A DNA stretch of 64,000 bases from an uncultured Gammaproteobacteria bacterium (GCA_905478855.1 CAJQKF010000053.1:1117-65116), one strand, 5' to 3'. Shown: positions 49,919 through 59,708, counted from the stretch's first letter. Translations and numbers: made by a program. Notes: generated by a model from the sequence alone, not told the origin.

Positions 49919-51220
49919 CTATATGTGAATTGGAGCGTTTATTTTTCTGTTTACGGTGGATGAAAAGAAAACTGGGATTAACGTTATGAGCGTTGCGAAT
50001 ATTATGTACCCGTAGGCAATGATTGAATACGAGTCATAGTATTCTCTAATATTTTTTGAAAAAGAAGCTAGTAGGAGGAAGACATAAAACAAATATTCGA
50101 CTGCGTATCCTATAAATTGGCCGTCTCTTTTTAGTGGCTTGGCCCAATACATAACCAATGGAATGAAACAAAGCAGGTTAATCACACCATATTCGTAGGC
50201 AAGTGTTGGATAGATGTTTAATACGATGCCTGAGCCGATAATGTACGGAATCAGGTTATTGAACTGGTTTTCATATCTCCAAATATTCACATAACCGACA
50301 ATAATTAATAGAAAGGGTAAAGCTTTAACAAAAAGTACAGGGAATATCCTCATTAAACTGGGTCCGGCCGGAGACGCGGTAAGTTCTTGTTCAAACAGTC
50401 CTTCTATAAAGACAATACCCAACTCTAGATGGAAGACAAACAGACTGATTATGGTTAGTGGAAATACTATTATCAGGATTACATTACTCTTTAGTTCCTT
50501 AAGATGTTTTGAATTCAATAGCCAAACCATTGAAACCAAAAACATCATTGGAAATGAGGTCCATTTAATGTAAGCAAATAAAGCGGATAGAAATATGTAA
50601 AATTTATTATGTCGAATTAGCCCTAACATGAGCCATAAATAGCTCATGGCGACATAGAGAGAAAATTGGCCCCGCTCGAACCACGATAAGCCTGCTGGTG
50701 CTAAAAAAATACAAATATTTACAAGTAAAAGCGCTGGAAAAAATCCTTTTTCTATCTGCAGTTTTTTAAAAACGTAAAAAAGGGTTAGATAAAATAGTAG
50801 TAGCTGTCCCAGAACGTGTAGCAGACTCGCGTACCCATATTTTAGTTCGCAGAGGCTGATCGAACAAATAGCATGAAGTAAGGGCGCGTATCTCGAGGCT
50901 CTTCCCCAGGGGTCTAATTGATTCTGTGAAGGGTTTTCATAGCCAGAAGATAGGCTGGGCATATGCTGAGAAGGGAAGTAAATTTGCCCGAAGTCAGCTG
51001 CTAATCTGTCTACAGTCTTGTGTTTTAGTGTTAAACCATTGGCCGGCACTCTCATAAAACCATAGAGCGGCGATGGATTAAGATCAACAGCAGTAGCACC
51101 CCCATAAACCATGTCTTTAGACAGCAGTGCTAGATTATTCAAGATAAAATAATGCAGCAGAATAAATACGATGATGAATAAGTATTTGCTAGTATTTTGA
51201 AATATGGAAGGCAGGTTCAT
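49919..51220 (-). CDS. polytopic membrane protein (about 12 helices), AT-rich; possible glycan polymerase/ligase/GT-C-type enzyme
   Basis: 433 aa, extremely hydrophobic, rich in F/I/L/Y and markedly AT-rich. It neighbours LPS genes. I saw no diagnostic motif. Confidence 0.4.
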   Translation of the reverse strand: MNLPSIFQNTSKYLFIIVFILLHYFILNNLALLSKDMVYGGATAVDLNPSPLYGFMRVPANGLTLKHKTVDRLAADFGQIYFPSQHMPSLSSGYENPSQNQLDPWGRASRYAPLLHAICSISLCELKYGYASLLHVLGQLLLFYLTLFYVFKKLQIEKGFFPALLLVNICIFLAPAGLSWFERGQFSLYVAMSYLWLMLGLIRHNKFYIFLSALFAYIKWTSFPMMFLVSMVWLLNSKHLKELKSNVILIIVFPLTIISLFVFHLELGIVFIEGLFEQELTASPAGPSLMRIFPVLFVKALPFLLIIVGYVNIWRYENQFNNLIPYIIGSGIVLNIYPTLAYEYGVINLLCFIPLVMYWAKPLKRDGQFIGYAVEYLFYVFLLLASFSKNIREYYDSYSIIAYGYIIFATLITLIPVFFSSTVNRKINAPIHI

Positions 51221-51464
51221 AGGTTTTATCTTATCAAGAATCTAATCTGAAATTAACTGATGAAATCCTGTGTTTCCATCATGGTGCTTATTGGATTTAT
51301 GCTGACTACTAGGCCAGGGTGCGAATATGAAAATTACGCTTGTGCTTTCGGCGATGTGCAGGCATCTTACTTCTTAAAGTAGTCAATTTTAGATGTTGTC
51401 GGCTCCATGTTTGGATACCCCCGACGAGAGTACCAAGGTATATTTCTACGTCCAGAAGGAATGC

Positions 51465-52376
51465 TTAGTCTAATAGAGTAGTTGCTAGAGAGAGTAAATA
51501 ATTTCCCTGTTCATCTGATTGGGCAATAGTTTTTTGATTCTGCAAGCCAAACCATATACCGCTAATGAGAGCTAGCACGCCACGATATCCATTAAGCAAT
51601 AGTATATCTGGGATAAAGTTGCTTTCAGATTGGTGTCGGTTACGCAATTCCGTGTAGCGCCTTAGGATGTCGTCACTTTCACTCGTAGTAGTTTTGATAT
51701 CGTTGATCAGGGTGGCAATGTCCCAGTAGGCGGTGTTTCTATGTGAGAACTCCCAATCAATGAGAATTGGCTTTTTTGATAGGTCGAATAGTACGTTTTG
51801 GGAAACTAAATCACCGTGACAATTTACCCAATCCGAGTTGGGGTAATCGCCTAAAAATTGCTTTGCCTTACTAACTAGCCTCTGTAAGTACTTTGGTTTT
51901 TTCCCAATCTGGCGTAGGTTCCAGTTCAGTCCGTAGCTTGCATTAAATGTATTTCTAAACGGTTGAGTAGTGCTATGAAGCTTAACTAACATGTCTAATA
52001 CGGAATCATTAATTGAAAACTTACTCTGAGGTTCAAGGGCTGCCGGCGGGCTCATTACCCATTCGGTAAGCATGTGGTGTTTACCATCATGCCAGACACA
52101 CTTAGGCGATAATCCGTTGTTATAGGCGATTTCTACGTTATGAATTTGCGCTTGAATCGAAATAAATCGATTTCTGCAGGCTTTATGCAACGCATAGGAA
52201 TTGTTGCCGACGCGGAGCTGATAGACTTCGTTGCCACTTGTCGCTATTTTTTGAATAACCAAACTTGAGATATGAGTATTCAAGTGTCGGCATATTTTAT
52301 GCAGAACCGCGGGGTCAATTTTTTCTATAGCTAGCATGGCTGCAGTATAGCAATGTGAACGATCGACGGATGACAT
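51465..52376 (-). CDS. choline/ethanolamine-kinase-like phosphotransferase (APH fold)
   Basis: 303 aa with the Brenner motif CHGDLVSQNVLF and a choline-kinase-like motif ILIDWEFSHRNTAYWDIATL. Confidence 0.6.
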   Translation of the reverse strand: MSSVDRSHCYTAAMLAIEKIDPAVLHKICRHLNTHISSLVIQKIATSGNEVYQLRVGNNSYALHKACRNRFISIQAQIHNVEIAYNNGLSPKCVWHDGKHHMLTEWVMSPPAALEPQSKFSINDSVLDMLVKLHSTTQPFRNTFNASYGLNWNLRQIGKKPKYLQRLVSKAKQFLGDYPNSDWVNCHGDLVSQNVLFDLSKKPILIDWEFSHRNTAYWDIATLINDIKTTTSESDDILRRYTELRNRHQSESNFIPDILLLNGYRGVLALISGIWFGLQNQKTIAQSDEQGNYLLSLATTLLD

Positions 52377-52449
52377 ATAGGGCGATTGTTGCTATGTTAA
52401 TCCGTGTTCGTAGAAAAGTGCAGAAACAGAAAAATAATAGGCTTTAGTT

Positions 52450-53322
52450 ATGCAAAAAAAACAAGCGGTTGGGATGATTGGTTTAGGGTTAATGGGTTTA
52501 CCCATGGCTAAACGTTTACTGGATGCTGGAATTAAATTAACGGTTTGGAATAGAACCCCGGAGAAGGCCGAATCATTATTATCTGACGGTGCCAAATTAG
52601 CCGACTCTATTGCTTCATTGGTGGCCAGTGTTGATACGGTAATCCTGATGCTAGCCAATACGCCGGTTGTCGAGGCGATTATGCGGGGTCCCGCTGGCGT
52701 ACTGGAGGTTCTTTCACCGGATACTTTAGTTATTGATATGGGTACTACTGCAGTAATCAATACAAAAGCTATGGCTGCGGATGTTATTAGTGTCGGTGGT
52801 AAGTATGTTGATGCGCCAGTATCGGGTGGAGTAATTGGAGCCGAGAATGGAAGTTTAAGCATTATGGCCGGTGGCCCGGCAGAGACTTTCAACGACGCTT
52901 TGCCGTTACTTGAAATACTGGGTGGTAAAATTACTCATGTTGGTGATAGCGGAAGTGGGCAGATTGCCAAAGCGGCAAATCAGGTAATAGTGGGATTAAC
53001 CATAGGAGCTGTTGCTGAAGGCCTGGCATTGGCCGCCGCTGCAGGAGCAGACCCTGCGCGGGTTAGGCAAGCATTGGACGGTGGATTTGCTACATCAAGA
53101 ATTCTGCAGGTTCACGGTGAGCGAATGGTTCGGCAGGAATATCCTCTTGGTGCGCGTTGCACTACCCAACGTAAAGATTTACAACAGGCTCTAGAGCTTG
53201 CTGAATCACTCGGCCTAGAGTTGCCTACAACGGAACTTTGCAGAGATCAATATGATCGCTTAATTGCCAGTGGCGACGCTGATCTCGATCATGCAGCCTT
53301 ATATAAGTTATACAAGGCCTAA
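52450..53322 (+). CDS. NAD(P)-dependent 3-hydroxyisobutyrate/tartronate-semialdehyde reductase family dehydrogenase
   Basis: 290 aa. It has VGMIGLGLMGLPMAKRL (Rossmann), DAPVSGG and GSGQIAKAANQ. Confidence 0.8.
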   Translation: MQKKQAVGMIGLGLMGLPMAKRLLDAGIKLTVWNRTPEKAESLLSDGAKLADSIASLVASVDTVILMLANTPVVEAIMRGPAGVLEVLSPDTLVIDMGTTAVINTKAMAADVISVGGKYVDAPVSGGVIGAENGSLSIMAGGPAETFNDALPLLEILGGKITHVGDSGSGQIAKAANQVIVGLTIGAVAEGLALAAAAGADPARVRQALDGGFATSRILQVHGERMVRQEYPLGARCTTQRKDLQQALELAESLGLELPTTELCRDQYDRLIASGDADLDHAALYKLYKA

Positions 53323-53342
53323 GCGCTTATCAGGTTGATGTG

Positions 53343-54281
53343 TTATGAGTTTAGTGTTTCCACATGGGCGGCTATGCAGTTTGCAAGTGCATTTAGATCA
53401 TAGCCACCTTCGAGCATGGATATCAGTCGTCCATTGGAATACTGTTCTGCAATACCCATCATTTCGGTGGTCATCCAACGATAAAAGTCAGTAGATAAAT
53501 TTATGTTGCCGAGTGGGTCAGCCGTATGCGCGTCAAAACCCGCAGAAAGTAGTACAGCATCTGGCTTAAATGCCCGCGCTGCAGGCAATATAATTTCTTC
53601 AAAGGCTTGACGGTATTCTGCATCACCAAAGCCAGAAGACATTGGACAGTTGAGTGTTGCACCTTTCCCAGCCCCCGTTCCGGTTTCGGAATACGACCCC
53701 GTGCCGGGATAATGGGGATATTGATGTAGGCTCATGTAGAACACAGAAGGGTCTTGTTCAAAACTGTGTTGTGTTCCGTTGCCATGATGTACATCCCAAT
53801 CGAGAATGAGAATTTTATCTAGATGATGATATTGCTGTAGGTATCGAGCAGTTACAGCAACGTTATTAAATAGGCAGAAACCAAGTGCTGTATCATGCTC
53901 GGCGTGATGCCCCGGAGGACGAATCATGGCAAAACCATTTTTAACTGAACCCTGCATAACACTATCTGCAATGGCTAGCGCACCGCCACTTGCTAACATG
54001 GCTATTTCAAATGATGAGCTACTTACCGCTACGTCTGGCGTATCGATATAGCCTTGGCCGCTACTGCAGGCGATTTGTGCACGATCAATATAGTCTGAAC
54101 TATGTATGGTTTCGATCCAGCGGCGGTCACAAAAAACCGGGTCAACACGTTCCAGTCTACTAAACCAACGTTGCCGTTCCAAATGTGCAATGGCATTAGA
54201 AAGACGGGCAGGTCGTTCTGGATGACCTGTTCCTGTTTCGTGGGTCAGATAGCGCGGGTCGTAGAGAACAGCAGTTTGCAT
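53343..54281 (-). CDS. histone deacetylase-family amidohydrolase (AcuC/APAH-like)
   Basis: 312 aa. It has RPPGHHA, LDWDVHHGNGTQ and the SAGFDAH zinc/catalytic motifs. Confidence 0.8.
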   Translation of the reverse strand: MQTAVLYDPRYLTHETGTGHPERPARLSNAIAHLERQRWFSRLERVDPVFCDRRWIETIHSSDYIDRAQIACSSGQGYIDTPDVAVSSSSFEIAMLASGGALAIADSVMQGSVKNGFAMIRPPGHHAEHDTALGFCLFNNVAVTARYLQQYHHLDKILILDWDVHHGNGTQHSFEQDPSVFYMSLHQYPHYPGTGSYSETGTGAGKGATLNCPMSSGFGDAEYRQAFEEIILPAARAFKPDAVLLSAGFDAHTADPLGNINLSTDFYRWMTTEMMGIAEQYSNGRLISMLEGGYDLNALANCIAAHVETLNS

Positions 54282-54416
54282 AAGGTTGTTTCTAATGTTT
54301 TTAGTGTTAATACTTTACCCGAACTTGATATTTTTTTCAGTCGCTATAAAGGTATAACAGTGTTTAATTGTCTGACAGTATATATCGATATTCATGCGCG
54401 CTCGATGTGATAGTAA

Positions 54417-55184
54417 TCACCACTCCACTCGACTAAAGCATGCAGTAATGTCGGGTCTGAGTTGCCAGTTCTTCATGAATCGTTTGCGATCCTTGAGATG
54501 AGCGGCTTTATAACGAGCATCGCTTGAATGACGTGTCATTGAATCCAAATCAAGAAGCACGGGTTCACGATTGTTTCGTAATATGTAATTGGTCGCTTTC
54601 ATATCACCGTGGGTAATTTTCTCTTTTGCCAATTTCATAAAAGAGCGTTCCAGTCGTGCAGCTATTTCGGCGGTTTCCTTTGGAGAAGCCACGTGATTAA
54701 TGTAATCCAGGCATACCGGTCCATCAACAAATTCGGAGATATACCAAGATCGTCCCTTAAGTGGACCCATACGTGCCTCGATATAGGCAACGGGTGGCGT
54801 TGTAGCAACACCGATTTTCAGTAGCTCGAGGGCGAACTCAAAACAGTTTTGGGCGCGGGAACGGCGTAAAGCACGACGTAAAAAATGCCAATTATTTTTA
54901 GTGTTGTAGCGCTTAATAACCAGTTTTCGGCCATCACGAGATGTAACGCCAACCGTGGTTGTGGCATCGTGTTTGAGTACGTCAAACCCATCAGCTTCGA
55001 CTACACGATCAATGTCCAGTAACAGTCGTCGCATACCTGGAGAGTCATATTTGCTTCGAAAATGAAAGTGATGTCGCAGCCCTGTGCGTGTAAGAATCGT
55101 CTGCTCATCGCATAAACTAAAATCATTACGGTTATAGGCGCCGAATAACGTTAATTCGACAGTTTTTTTCGACGTAAGGCTCAC
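54417..55184 (-). CDS. lipopolysaccharide kinase family protein (WapP/RfaY/Kdo-kinase-like)
   Basis: 255 aa with THGDMKATNYIL and LLDLDS motifs. The GTG start overlaps the stop of the upstream WaaG-WaaP gene (GTGA). Confidence 0.6.
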   Translation of the reverse strand: MSLTSKKTVELTLFGAYNRNDFSLCDEQTILTRTGLRHHFHFRSKYDSPGMRRLLLDIDRVVEADGFDVLKHDATTTVGVTSRDGRKLVIKRYNTKNNWHFLRRALRRSRAQNCFEFALELLKIGVATTPPVAYIEARMGPLKGRSWYISEFVDGPVCLDYINHVASPKETAEIAARLERSFMKLAKEKITHGDMKATNYILRNNREPVLLDLDSMTRHSSDARYKAAHLKDRKRFMKNWQLRPDITACFSRVEW

Positions 55185-57220
55185 TGAATAGATCTGGGAC
55201 GGACACTCCGTTGTACGGCGGGTTTAGGCGGTGCTCCCAGCATTGCGCGTCTATTTTCGGCTTTATAGAGGTTTTGCGCCCGTGACTCCACGCGACGCCA
55301 GAAGAAATTTTCCTTACCTAAAATTTGACGCAGCGGTTTCGAGCGATAAATACGCATAAAACGAAAGATATCCTTTTTACTTAGGCCAAGATCCATGCTG
55401 GAGTAGCGCAAACCGGATATATCTTTTACTGCCCACCGCGTTGGTGTGCGTCGACGTATCTGCATGCGATGCAAGTCTATAAGAAACAGATTACTGTGCT
55501 CAACAGATAAGGACTCACAATTATTGCTTCGTTGCAGTAAAAAATGACAGAGATAAAAATCTCGGTGATTAGCACCGCTATTGTGCATGTCGCGAGATAT
55601 TTGTGCCAGTCGCATAATTAACCAACGTTTGAATCGTATCTCCTCTTTGCTGAGTGGCTGATCATCTGTCCAACGCGCGCAAAAGTCTTCTAAACTAATG
55701 CTATTGGCAATTTCATCAGTAACGATAAATGATCGACGTGTTGCAGGGTTGCCACGGGTGGTGCTATATCCAGCTATGCGAAGTGTGTCGATCCCAAGGC
55801 GTTGTAAATGATGAACACCGTGCCATTCGTTCATGGCGCCAAGCACCGGTAAACGGAAATACAGCAGGTTTTTCATTATCTCCTGCCAGCCAACTCCCGT
55901 ATGGGTTTTTAGAAAAAACCCGCGACCGTCCTGTGTAAGTCTTACGGTTCTGCGGCCGGGAGCTTCACGGAAAACTTCCCCGGTTATCGACATCAAGTTG
56001 TCGAAAGTCGGTTCTACTGTTAATCCGTGTTTAAAATCATCGCGAACATACAAGCTGATGTCGTCGGTAGATTCAACAGGTGTTGTCGTTGTTGTCTGTT
56101 TGCTTTCGCACCATTGTTCAATTAAATGAACCGCTGTTTCTGGCATTTTATACAGATCTGGATTCGCAGCATAACGACGACCATTTTCACTCCATTGATC
56201 GTGTAGAGTCGTATTGAGCATTTCCTCTAATCGGCAATCGAGTGTTTCTTGGTTGAACGGGGAACGCAGTACCATGCCTGCTCTCGCATCTTTAATATGA
56301 TGGGCGTATCCACATACATCTGTAGTTAAAACGGGTAGACCTGCAGTGAGCGCCTCGAGCAGTATAGTGCCGGTATTCTCACTATATGCTGGATGGAGCA
56401 GTAGATCGCCTGCAGCGAGTATTTCTGGTATGTCTGAGCGTCCTCCAAGAAATCGAATCTGGGTTTGTATTTTTAGTTTTTTAGCAAGACGTTGATAGAA
56501 TGCCTCGCTATCTTGACCCACAATTATTAATTCTGCGCGTTTGCGCATGTGTTTTGGAAGCGCAGATAGCGCCTGGATTGCACGATCAAGTCCTTTGGTT
56601 TTAAATCCGGAGCCAACGAACAACAATAAAAATTGGTCATCCCTAATGCCGAACTCGGCCCTCATTTCATTGCGCACTTTCTGGGGGTTGGACGGTACCC
56701 GGCGATGTGCATCTAATGTTGGTGGTAAGATATGAAATCGGTTTTCCGGTGTTCCATAAAACTGTTGGTATACACCTTTTTCCCGTTCAGATAGCGAAAG
56801 TATACGAGTGGAACGTTGCGTACTGAATACGGCTCGTTCAAAAGTAAAAAAGTGATGGAATCGTGGAGTTAGACGATAAAGTCTACTATAACGGGGTACT
56901 GCGCGACCTATGTAACAGAAGTCGGCACCGTAATAGATATCCATACCGGGCATTTTATTAAAGCCAATTACTGCATCGTACTGGTTCTTTTTTAGGTATT
57001 TTTTTAGTTGACGGTAATAGGCGGCATTTTGTGCATGGTTCATCCACCGATAGGTTTGAATAACTGTAATTGGGATACCGTCTGGTTTCGGACCCTGCCA
57101 GTCAGATACATACACGTCCGTTTCATGGCCATTATTGCGCGCCTGCTCAAGAATACGCATAAAGTCCCGAGACAATCCGCTATACGGAAAATATTTGAAC
57201 AGGCAGAAAGCTAGTTTCAT
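55181..57220 (-). CDS. waaGP: fusion protein: LPS core glucosyltransferase I (WaaG, GT4) joined to LPS core heptose kinase (WaaP)
   Basis: The N-terminus MKLAFCLFKYFPYSGLSRDFMRI is collinear with E. coli WaaG (MIVAFCLYKYFPFGGLQRDFMRI). The C-terminal ~270 aa (GRGFFLKTH..LPVLGAMNEW..RRSFIVTDE..ANHRDFYLCHFLL..IDLHR) is collinear with E. coli/P. aeruginosa WaaP. It is one uninterrupted frame. The start is set to ATG 57220. Confidence 0.8.
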   Translation of the reverse strand: MKLAFCLFKYFPYSGLSRDFMRILEQARNNGHETDVYVSDWQGPKPDGIPITVIQTYRWMNHAQNAAYYRQLKKYLKKNQYDAVIGFNKMPGMDIYYGADFCYIGRAVPRYSRLYRLTPRFHHFFTFERAVFSTQRSTRILSLSEREKGVYQQFYGTPENRFHILPPTLDAHRRVPSNPQKVRNEMRAEFGIRDDQFLLLFVGSGFKTKGLDRAIQALSALPKHMRKRAELIIVGQDSEAFYQRLAKKLKIQTQIRFLGGRSDIPEILAAGDLLLHPAYSENTGTILLEALTAGLPVLTTDVCGYAHHIKDARAGMVLRSPFNQETLDCRLEEMLNTTLHDQWSENGRRYAANPDLYKMPETAVHLIEQWCESKQTTTTTPVESTDDISLYVRDDFKHGLTVEPTFDNLMSITGEVFREAPGRRTVRLTQDGRGFFLKTHTGVGWQEIMKNLLYFRLPVLGAMNEWHGVHHLQRLGIDTLRIAGYSTTRGNPATRRSFIVTDEIANSISLEDFCARWTDDQPLSKEEIRFKRWLIMRLAQISRDMHNSGANHRDFYLCHFLLQRSNNCESLSVEHSNLFLIDLHRMQIRRRTPTRWAVKDISGLRYSSMDLGLSKKDIFRFMRIYRSKPLRQILGKENFFWRRVESRAQNLYKAENRRAMLGAPPKPAVQRSVRPRSIQ

Positions 57221-57377
57221 TTTAGTTGGTAACGTGTTTCCGTTAAGTGGTGACATGTGGACGCCAATTTTTTTCGTGTCCGATTGGATGATTGTTACAT
57301 AATTGCGCGTTGGTATCTAATATGCGGGCATATTATCACTGCCGATACAGGTAATTCGAATTAGGCGATCGGTTGGA

Positions 57378-58391
57378 TTATTTTTTAGCCTGTAGGATTT
57401 TTTCCCAATTCCATGCGCTTTCGCAAATTAATTCGAGATTATCCAGCTGTGGCTTCCAGTCGAGGGTTTTCAGTATTTTGGAATTATTTGCTACGACGGC
57501 AGCACTATCACCCGGGCGGCGAGCACATTTATCCACCGTAAAATCAATTTGACTTACGCTTTTGCAGGTCTGAATAACTTTTTCGACAGAATAGCCGTGA
57601 CCGTAGCCACAGTTGAGAACCGTAGACTCTCCACCATCTCCTAGATACTCCAGTGCCTTCAAGTGCGCTGTGGCAAGGTCAGTAACATGGATGTAGTCGC
57701 GAATACAGGTTCCGTCGGGAGTATTATAGTCCGTGCCAAAAACTTTCATGGCCGAGTGTTGGCCAGCTGCAGTTTCGCATGCAACTTTGATTAGATGGGT
57801 TGCGTTTTTCGTTGCTTGTCCAATTGAGCCGTCCAGGCTTGCACCGGCAACGTTGAAATAGCGTAAGGCAATATAACGAAATGGTTGTGTATCGATTTGT
57901 TTGGACGCACGAGCAAAGTCTTCGAGTGTCCATTCGCTGATTAGCTTGCTGCGACCGTAAGGATTGAGGGGGTGTGGTAATGTATTCTCATCAACCGGCT
58001 CCATTCCGGGCATTCCATATACGGCAGCACTTGATGAGAAGACAAACTTGTCTATATTGGATCTGCGGCATTGCTCTATCAGTCGCAATGTGCAAACGAT
58101 ATTATTCTCGTAGTATTTCTCAGGGTTACTAACAGACTCGGGGACGACAACATATCCTGCAAAATGAATCACAGCATCAAAATTGTGTGCAAGATGCAAC
58201 TGTTCCACGAGTTCTTGGTCAGCACAATTACCCTCCACAAATTCGGCTTCTTGTGGAACAGCCCAACGGTGGCCACTATATAGATTGTCGAGAACGACAA
58301 CTTTATGACCTGCGTCGCATAGCACCCGAGTGGTATGAGAGCCTATGTAGCCGGCGCCGCCGGTAACTAAAATGGAGTAGGTTGATGTCAT
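57378..58391 (-). CDS. galE: UDP-glucose 4-epimerase
   Basis: 337 aa. It has ILVTGGAGYIGSH, YGRSK (YxxxK) and an SDR-extended architecture. Confidence 0.85.
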   Translation of the reverse strand: MTSTYSILVTGGAGYIGSHTTRVLCDAGHKVVVLDNLYSGHRWAVPQEAEFVEGNCADQELVEQLHLAHNFDAVIHFAGYVVVPESVSNPEKYYENNIVCTLRLIEQCRRSNIDKFVFSSSAAVYGMPGMEPVDENTLPHPLNPYGRSKLISEWTLEDFARASKQIDTQPFRYIALRYFNVAGASLDGSIGQATKNATHLIKVACETAAGQHSAMKVFGTDYNTPDGTCIRDYIHVTDLATAHLKALEYLGDGGESTVLNCGYGHGYSVEKVIQTCKSVSQIDFTVDKCARRPGDSAAVVANNSKILKTLDWKPQLDNLELICESAWNWEKILQAKK

Positions 58392-58454
58392 CGAAAAGAT
58401 TGTGATTCTAGAATAGGGAATGTTTGCCGGATTATCGCAAAATCTTAATCATGA

Positions 58455-59486
58455 TTACAGCATTGTCTGTAATGCATTACGAACCATTTGTGGTGTTAAC
58501 TCGTTTAGACAAAGGAGATGACCTAGAGGACACTGTCGTTTAAAGCAGGGACTGCATTCAAGTTCAAGGTTAATGATTGTTGCCTGATTGGAAAGTGGCG
58601 GAGTAAATTTATGACTTGAAGAGCCATATAGTGCGACTACGGGTCGCTTTAATGCTGCTGCAACATGCATAAGTCCTGAGTCGTTACTGATAACCGCCTT
58701 TGCTGCAGACATCAGGTCGATTGCCTGGGTTAGGCTGGTTTTGCCAGCAAGGTCGATGCAATGCTTCTTGTCTGATTTTAGAAGATCCAGAATATTTGCA
58801 GTTATTTCTGTGTCCTTATTGGATCCAAAAAGCCAGCACTGCATACCAATATCGATTAGTTGATCGATTAATGCAGCAAAATGTTTCGCCGGCCATTGTT
58901 TGGCAGGACCGTATTCTGCTCCGGGGCATAGTGCAATAACTGGCATGGAGTTATTTAAATTCAACTTGTCTCTAGCTATTGCAACGTCAGAGGGGCAAAT
59001 TTTCAGTTCAGGATAGCGGTAACTGGTTGTGTCAAATGCTTCGGATTCGATAGAGCCAAGGTAGACAAAGCGGTTTACTGTTAATGGTAATTTAACTTTA
59101 TCCAGAGGGCGTACGTCGTTAATAAGTCCATATCGACTCTCGCCGAGGAAACCCGTGCGTCGTGAAATTCCCGCCAGCCAGGGTGCCAGAGCAGATTTTA
59201 TTGATCCCGGTAAAATAATAGCCTGATCAAAATGTTGTTTACGTAACTCTTTTGCTACACGCCAACGCTCGGCAAAATCAATTTTTTTGTGTTTAAAGTT
59301 TGCCACAATACCGCTATCGACTTCGGGCATGCGCTTAATTAACGGCAGGGTGGCAGGCGGTGCCAGAACGGCAAGATAAGATTCCGGGTGCTGGCGTTTT
59401 AAAGCCATAAACAGGCTTTGCGCCATAATCATATCGCCGACCCAAGATGGGCCGACAACCAGAATACGCGGTGTAGAGTTATTCAG
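58455..59486 (-). CDS. waaF: ADP-heptose:LPS heptosyltransferase II
   Basis: Collinear with E. coli WaaF, including the conserved N-terminal ILVVGPSWVGDM encoded at 59468-59430, upstream of the first ATG (59432). The 5' boundary is uncertain; candidates are CTG 59486, ATT 59465 and ATG 59432. Confidence 0.8.
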   Translation of the reverse strand: MNNSTPRILVVGPSWVGDMIMAQSLFMALKRQHPESYLAVLAPPATLPLIKRMPEVDSGIVANFKHKKIDFAERWRVAKELRKQHFDQAIILPGSIKSALAPWLAGISRRTGFLGESRYGLINDVRPLDKVKLPLTVNRFVYLGSIESEAFDTTSYRYPELKICPSDVAIARDKLNLNNSMPVIALCPGAEYGPAKQWPAKHFAALIDQLIDIGMQCWLFGSNKDTEITANILDLLKSDKKHCIDLAGKTSLTQAIDLMSAAKAVISNDSGLMHVAAALKRPVVALYGSSSHKFTPPLSNQATIINLELECSPCFKRQCPLGHLLCLNELTPQMVRNALQTML

Positions 59487-59694
59487 CGTCGGTTAGCACG
59501 TAGTAAGTGCCACAATACGGGCATAGTCCATTGCCTTCCTTTTCGATCGGAATATACACCCGTGGATGGGAATTCCACGTGCTGGTACCCTCCATAGGGC
59601 AATGAAGCGGTAAATCGGATTTGCTGACATTTTGCCGTAAACTGGCATTCGGCGTCTGCAGATCGGGATCTTGGCTATCGGATGACTTTGCCAT
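59479..59694 (-). CDS. zinc-finger (zf-CHCC, NDUFS6-like) domain protein
   Basis: 71 aa. LHCPMEG..WNSHPRVYIPIEKEGNGLCPYCGTYYVL matches the zf-CHCC pattern. Confidence 0.6.
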   Translation of the reverse strand: MAKSSDSQDPDLQTPNASLRQNVSKSDLPLHCPMEGTSTWNSHPRVYIPIEKEGNGLCPYCGTYYVLTDAE

Positions 59695-59708
59695 AGTACT
59701 TTACCTGT

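Noticed and set aside
52392-52892. 166-aa minus-strand ORF opposite the dehydrogenase gene.
   Set aside because: It has a low-complexity Ala/Pro/Thr/Ser-rich translation typical of an antisense shadow. The plus-strand frame has strong Rossmann and family motifs.
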